A stretch of 64,000 bases of DNA from an uncultured Verrucomicrobiae bacterium (lineage in GTDB: Bacteria > Verrucomicrobiota > Verrucomicrobiia > Chthoniobacterales > UBA10450). The stretch is taken from the NCBI GenBank assembly GCA_963834385.1, contig CAWIBO010000002.1, positions 1,056,001 through 1,120,000 of the forward strand, read 5' to 3'. Under the pieces are notes generated by a model. It ran no database searches and was not told where the DNA came from. It saw nothing but the letters and a program-made list of their open reading frames with translations. Position numbers and translations under genes: made by a program. Within the stretch, counting starts at the first letter, position 1. Each line of letters opens with the position of its first letter. Positions 59,901-64,000 of the stretch are shown in pieces.

Positions 59901-60875
59901 ATGACCGCGCCCCTGCCGCGCATCCGCCAGGCATTTGTCCTCGGCGCCGGTCTTGGAACCCGTCTACGGCCGCTGACCGAGGAGCTGCCCAAGCCGCTGG
60001 TGCCCATTTTTCAAAAGCCGCTGATCACGTTCGCCTTCGACCATCTGCTGGATCTCGGGGTGGAACGTTTTCTGGTGAACACGCACCATCAGCCGCAGCA
60101 GTTCGCCGCGCATTTTCCCGACGGCACCTATCGCGAACGCGCCGTCACTTTTCATCACGAACCGATCCTGCTCGAAACCGCGGGCGGGATCGCCAACGTC
60201 GCGGAGGCGCTCGACCGTTCGGAGCCATTCCTCGTCTACAACGGGGACACCCTGACCGATCTGCCGCTGGCGCCGCTCCTGGCCGAGCATTTCCAGTCCG
60301 GCAACCTTGTCACCCTCGCCCTTCGTTCCTCCGGTGGTCCGCTCCACGTGGCCTTCGATCAGAAACGGGGACGCATCCTCGACCTGCGCAACCTGCGCGG
60401 GACCGGCGATCCCGGGCAGTTTCTTTTTACCGGCATCTATGTGGTGGACCCGGGTTTTCTCCAGTGGATCCGGCCCGGGGTGAAACAATCAGTCATCCCG
60501 ATCTTCCTGGAACTGATCGGGCGCGGCGAAAAACTGGGAGGCGTGGTCATCGACGACGGTCACTGGTGGGATGTCGGGACGCGGCAGGCCTACCTCGAGC
60601 TGCATCGCGAATTGCCGCAGCTCGATTTTCCGCGTCACCCGATTGAGCCGGCCGACTGGCGCGCGCCGGTTCATCCCACCGCCCGGGTCCATCCCAGTGC
60701 GGTGCTGCGCGGACAGACCGTGCTCGGGCGCGACGTTTCCGTGGGCGAAGGGGCGCTGGTGCAGGATTGCATCGCGTGGCCCGGCGCGGAAATTCGTTCG
60801 CAAAGCCGGCTGCGGAATTGTATCATCCGCGCCCGGAAAAAAGCCGGGGGAGATCTTCGTGACCAGGACATCTAA
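59901..60875 (+). CDS. Sugar-phosphate nucleotidyltransferase (MurU-like)
   Basis: LGAGLGTRLRPLT..LPKPL, VNTHH, LETAGG, NGD, FTGI, WWDVGT; real start ATG 59901. Confidence 0.9.
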   Translation: MTAPLPRIRQAFVLGAGLGTRLRPLTEELPKPLVPIFQKPLITFAFDHLLDLGVERFLVNTHHQPQQFAAHFPDGTYRERAVTFHHEPILLETAGGIANVAEALDRSEPFLVYNGDTLTDLPLAPLLAEHFQSGNLVTLALRSSGGPLHVAFDQKRGRILDLRNLRGTGDPGQFLFTGIYVVDPGFLQWIRPGVKQSVIPIFLELIGRGEKLGGVVIDDGHWWDVGTRQAYLELHRELPQLDFPRHPIEPADWRAPVHPTARVHPSAVLRGQTVLGRDVSVGEGALVQDCIAWPGAEIRSQSRLRNCIIRARKKAGGDLRDQDI

Positions 60876-61845
60876 CAAGACCGATCTGCTTTTACGCCAG
60901 ACGCGCCGGCATTTTCCCCGGCTCGACCAGGCCGAGGTGCGCATCACGCCGATCGAGAAGGGCGGGTCGGGTCGGAAATTCTACCGGGTGCGCCCGGCGG
61001 CCGGGGCCAGCCTGATCCTGGTGAAGTACAATCTGGAGCGCGAGGAGAACCGGCACTATGTGCGCGTGGCCGAGTTCCTCGCGGAGATGGGCGTGCGCGC
61101 GCCGCAGATTTATTTTCACGACGCCGCGGAGGGTTTGATCTGGCTGGAGGACCTTGGCGAAACCGATCTCTGGAGTTTTCGCGAGGAGAGCTGGCTGGTG
61201 CGACAGGCGCTCTACGAGTCGGCCCTGGCGGAAGCGGCCAAATTGCATGGCCTGAGCGCGGCCGCGGCGGCGCCGGTGGCGGAGAACCTCCCGGCGGAGT
61301 TCAACGCCGCCCTCTACGAGTGGGAGCAGTCCTACTTTTTTGAGAATTGCCTTGGCCGCCATTTCCAGGTGGCGCCGGCGGAGCTGGCCCGCCTCGCCGC
61401 CCTGCCACGCCTCGCCGCCATGGCCGCGGAGCTCGCCGCGAAACCGCGCGTCCTGATTCATCGCGATTTCCAGTCGCAGAACGTGATTGTGCGCAACGGC
61501 CAGGCTTACCTGATCGATTTCCAGGGGATGCGATATGGGCTGGCGGAATACGACCTCGCCTCCATGCTTTACGATCCCTACGTGACGCTGTCCGGGACCG
61601 AGCGGAGCGCGCTCTTCGACTCCTACCGGGAGAAGCGCGGCAACGCGGTCTCGACCGAGACGCTGCGGCTCTGCGCGCTGCAACGCCTGATGCAGGCGCT
61701 GGGGGCCTACGGATTTCTCGGGCTGGTGCAGGGGAACAGGGCGTTTCTGGCCCACATTCCGGCGGCCATGGCTTCGCTGGCCGGGTTGCTCGAGGAAACC
61801 GACGGGCTGGAACCGCTGGCCGGCGTCGTCTCTTCCCTCCGCTAA
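60859..61845 (+). CDS. Aminoglycoside-phosphotransferase-family kinase (AmgK-like)
   Basis: GGSGRKFYR, LEDLG, HRDFQSQN, IDFQG, YDLASMLYDPY, QRLMQALGAYGFL. Confidence 0.88.
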   Translation: MTRTSNKTDLLLRQTRRHFPRLDQAEVRITPIEKGGSGRKFYRVRPAAGASLILVKYNLEREENRHYVRVAEFLAEMGVRAPQIYFHDAAEGLIWLEDLGETDLWSFREESWLVRQALYESALAEAAKLHGLSAAAAAPVAENLPAEFNAALYEWEQSYFFENCLGRHFQVAPAELARLAALPRLAAMAAELAAKPRVLIHRDFQSQNVIVRNGQAYLIDFQGMRYGLAEYDLASMLYDPYVTLSGTERSALFDSYREKRGNAVSTETLRLCALQRLMQALGAYGFLGLVQGNRAFLAHIPAAMASLAGLLEETDGLEPLAGVVSSLR

Positions 61846-61926
61846 GGTCCGGCTGCCGCTTGCCGCCGGGCTATTTGCTGTTTGATTAACTTACCCGCCG
61901 ACCGCGGGGCAAAAGGAGGTTTTCTC

Positions 61927-62334
61927 ATGAAGAAACTTATGATTGGAGCGGTGCTTCTTGGCCTGACGGCCGCCACCGGCCCGGCCGAGCCCGCAGGCGG
62001 CAAACGGACGGACGCGGCTTATACAGAGGAACGAGCGCAGGTGGTCCGTTTCCCGGGCGAACGTCGCGTGGCCCGCGAAGTGCGCCAACTGAACCGGATG
62101 CGCGATCATCTCGGCGCGAAGATGCGGCTCTACAGCGCCGGCCCAAAAACCTGGCGTGAATTCCGCAACGCCTCGCGGGAAGTGCAGCGACTGACCGAGC
62201 GTGTTCGCGAGGGCGGTTATACCGCGCTCGAGATACGTGGACAGATCCGGTTCCTGCGGCTTCGCCTGAATCGCATCGAGCGCCACCTGCTCCTCCGTCC
62301 CAACGACGTTTTCGTCTGGGACAACCGGGATTAA
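61927..62334 (+). CDS. Secreted basic hypothetical protein
   Basis: AGGAGG ribosome-binding site, signal peptide MKKLMIGAVLLGLTAA, helical Arg-rich body. Confidence 0.65.
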   Translation: MKKLMIGAVLLGLTAATGPAEPAGGKRTDAAYTEERAQVVRFPGERRVAREVRQLNRMRDHLGAKMRLYSAGPKTWREFRNASREVQRLTERVREGGYTALEIRGQIRFLRLRLNRIERHLLLRPNDVFVWDNRD

Positions 62335-62341
62335 CCCGCGC

Positions 62342-62956
62342 TCAGGCGCGCACAAAAGGATTGCCGGTCCGTTCCCGCCCAATGGTGGTGGGCGGTCCGT
62401 GCCCGGGCAGGACCGTGACCGTTTCCGCGAGGGGATAAAGCTTTTCGCGAATCCCGGAGAACAGAAGGTCGGCATCGCCCCCGGGCAGGTCCCAGCGGCC
62501 CACCCCCCCGGCGAAAAGGACGTCGCCGCCGACCAGGAGCTCTTTCTCCCGCCAAAGGAAACAAAGGCTCCCGGGACAATGCCCCGGCACCTCCAGCACC
62601 TGCAGGGACAGCCCGAGAAACTCGCGCGCCTCCGTTTCCTCGATCAGGAAGTCCGGCTGCACCGGGGTAATCTCGAGCTGGAAGCCGAAATTCTTGAAAA
62701 AGTCGGGATCCGAGATCATCGGGGCGGTGGCGGCGTGACAGCCGACCGGGCATTGGAAGTGCGCCTTGATCCTGGCGACGTCCGGGACGTGATCGAAATG
62801 GCCATGGGTCAGGAGAAGAAGACGCACGTCGATTCCCTGCTCAATGGCCCAGGCACAGGCCCCGTCTGGGGCATCAAAGAGAATGGCCCCACCCGGCGCG
62901 GCCACGACATAACAGTTGGTCTCAAAAATTCCGCCGCAAAACGTCTGGTAATCCAT
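62342..62956 (-). CDS. MBL-fold metallo-hydrolase (glyoxalase II-like)
   Basis: THGHFDH, PGHCPG, GDVLF, PGHG. Confidence 0.93.
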   Translation of the reverse strand: MDYQTFCGGIFETNCYVVAAPGGAILFDAPDGACAWAIEQGIDVRLLLLTHGHFDHVPDVARIKAHFQCPVGCHAATAPMISDPDFFKNFGFQLEITPVQPDFLIEETEAREFLGLSLQVLEVPGHCPGSLCFLWREKELLVGGDVLFAGGVGRWDLPGGDADLLFSGIREKLYPLAETVTVLPGHGPPTTIGRERTGNPFVRA

Positions 62957-63191
62957 GTGCCGATGTTGTTACCCTTTCCGGGAGTGCGCGTCCCGGGGAA
63001 AATGGGCTTAAAACGACGCTACGAAGAAGTCTTTCCTATTTTCGGCTTCGTGGAACAGAAGATGCAGCCGATTATGGAAAATTGAATGTTCCCCGGGGTT
63101 CGTTGTCTCATTTTGAACCCTCATGAAGCTCCCCCGCGTATCTTGCTTAAACCCAAATCCCTGTCACTGTGGTAAACCGCTTTTTTCTAGA

Positions 63192-64000
63192 ATGAAGGTA
63201 TCGTCAAGTCGGTCGTCGGGTCTACTGGGTCTCGTGCTGGCGGCCGCGCTGGTCGTTCCCGCGCCCCTGCAGGCCAAAACAGATCTCGAGCAGGTGGCGG
63301 TTTCGGTCGGCCGCCTCCTGGAAGAGGGGCATTATACCCGGGCGCCGCTGGACGACGCGGTTTCGAAAAAATTCCTGCGCACCTACCTTGAGGTGCTCGA
63401 TTTCAGCCACCTTTTCTTCACCCAGGAGGATGTGGACGCTCTCACGGCCAAGTACGCCACCTCGCTGGACGATGATGTGCTCCTCGGGAACCTGAAACCG
63501 GCGTATGAGATCTACGATCTTTACCTGAAACGCGTGGACGACCGCGTGGCCAAGGTGAAAGAGATGCTCAAACAGCCGGTCGAGTTCACCTCGGATGCCA
63601 CCATTCAGCTGAGCCGCCAGAAGGCGCCCTGGCCCAAGAACATGGCCGAGGCCGACCAGCTCTGGCGCGATCGCATTGCCAATGAGTTGCTCCAGGAAAA
63701 ATTGAGCGAGCACCCGATCGAACCGGGACCGCAGCTGATCGCCAAGCGCTACGACCGGCTGGCCCGGAGCGTGCATGAGCAGGATCGCGACGAGCAGGTG
63801 AAACTGTTCCTGGCTTCGCTGGCCCAGGCGTATGACCCGCACTCGGAATACCTGAGCAAGGCCGACCTGAAAAATTTCAGCATCAACATGGGCCTCTCCC
63901 TCGTGGGCATCGGCGCCATGCTCCGTTCCGAGGATGGTTACGCCAAGATCGAGAGCCTGGTCGCGGGCGGCCCGGCGCAGTCGGATGGCCGTTTGAAAGT
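63192..64000 (+). CDS. prc: Carboxy-terminal processing protease (Prc/Tsp, S41), 3'-truncated by window edge
   Basis: Not in the ORF track; translated by hand: MKVSSSRSSGLLGLVLAAAL…EEGHY…LDDAVS…YDPHSEYLS…LSLVGIGAMLRSEDGYAKIESLVAGGPA. Confidence 0.9.
   Translation, partial: MKVSSSRSSGLLGLVLAAALVVPAPLQAKTDLEQVAVSVGRLLEEGHYTRAPLDDAVSKKFLRTYLEVLDFSHLFFTQEDVDALTAKYATSLDDDVLLGNLKPAYEIYDLYLKRVDDRVAKVKEMLKQPVEFTSDATIQLSRQKAPWPKNMAEADQLWRDRIANELLQEKLSEHPIEPGPQLIAKRYDRLARSVHEQDRDEQVKLFLASLAQAYDPHSEYLSKADLKNFSINMGLSLVGIGAMLRSEDGYAKIESLVAGGPAQSDGRLK

Noticed and set aside
62957..63191. AT-rich intergenic region as oriC or ncRNA
   Set aside because: No convincing DnaA boxes and only a half parS-like CGTGGAACA; a divergent promoter region for the MBL hydrolase and prc explains it.

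Overview
High-GC chromosomal segment, mostly housekeeping genes. It is most likely from Verrucomicrobiota (Chthoniobacterales/Spartobacteria-like), inferred from the lineage-typical C-terminal domains on its secreted proteins. It holds about 62 CDSs (carB, cyclophilin, aguB, sodC, thiG, treZ, polX, priA, trxB, mutM, mgtE, yitJ, cdd, mnmG, plsY, gpsA, purN, murU/amgK-like, prc and others) and one tRNA-Thr(TGT). I found no IS, integrase, prophage or CRISPR array. At least six genes carry single-base frameshifts that look like sequencing or assembly errors. The most notable observations are: (1) a perfect parS palindrome inside an insertion loop of mnmG, with other hints that oriC is close; (2) an old tandem duplication of a [secreted protein - methyltransferase - TIGR04282 glycosyltransferase] unit with reciprocal gene loss and visible relics; (3) an unassigned ~150-nt multi-stem RNA-like element upstream of an orphan DNA methyltransferase; (4) a split, order-reversed ArgZ/AgrE-like arginine-to-proline gene pair; (5) a 42-aa membrane peptide coupled to an NSS transporter and absent from the ORF track. 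All family calls come from motif recognition by eye; no database searches were run.
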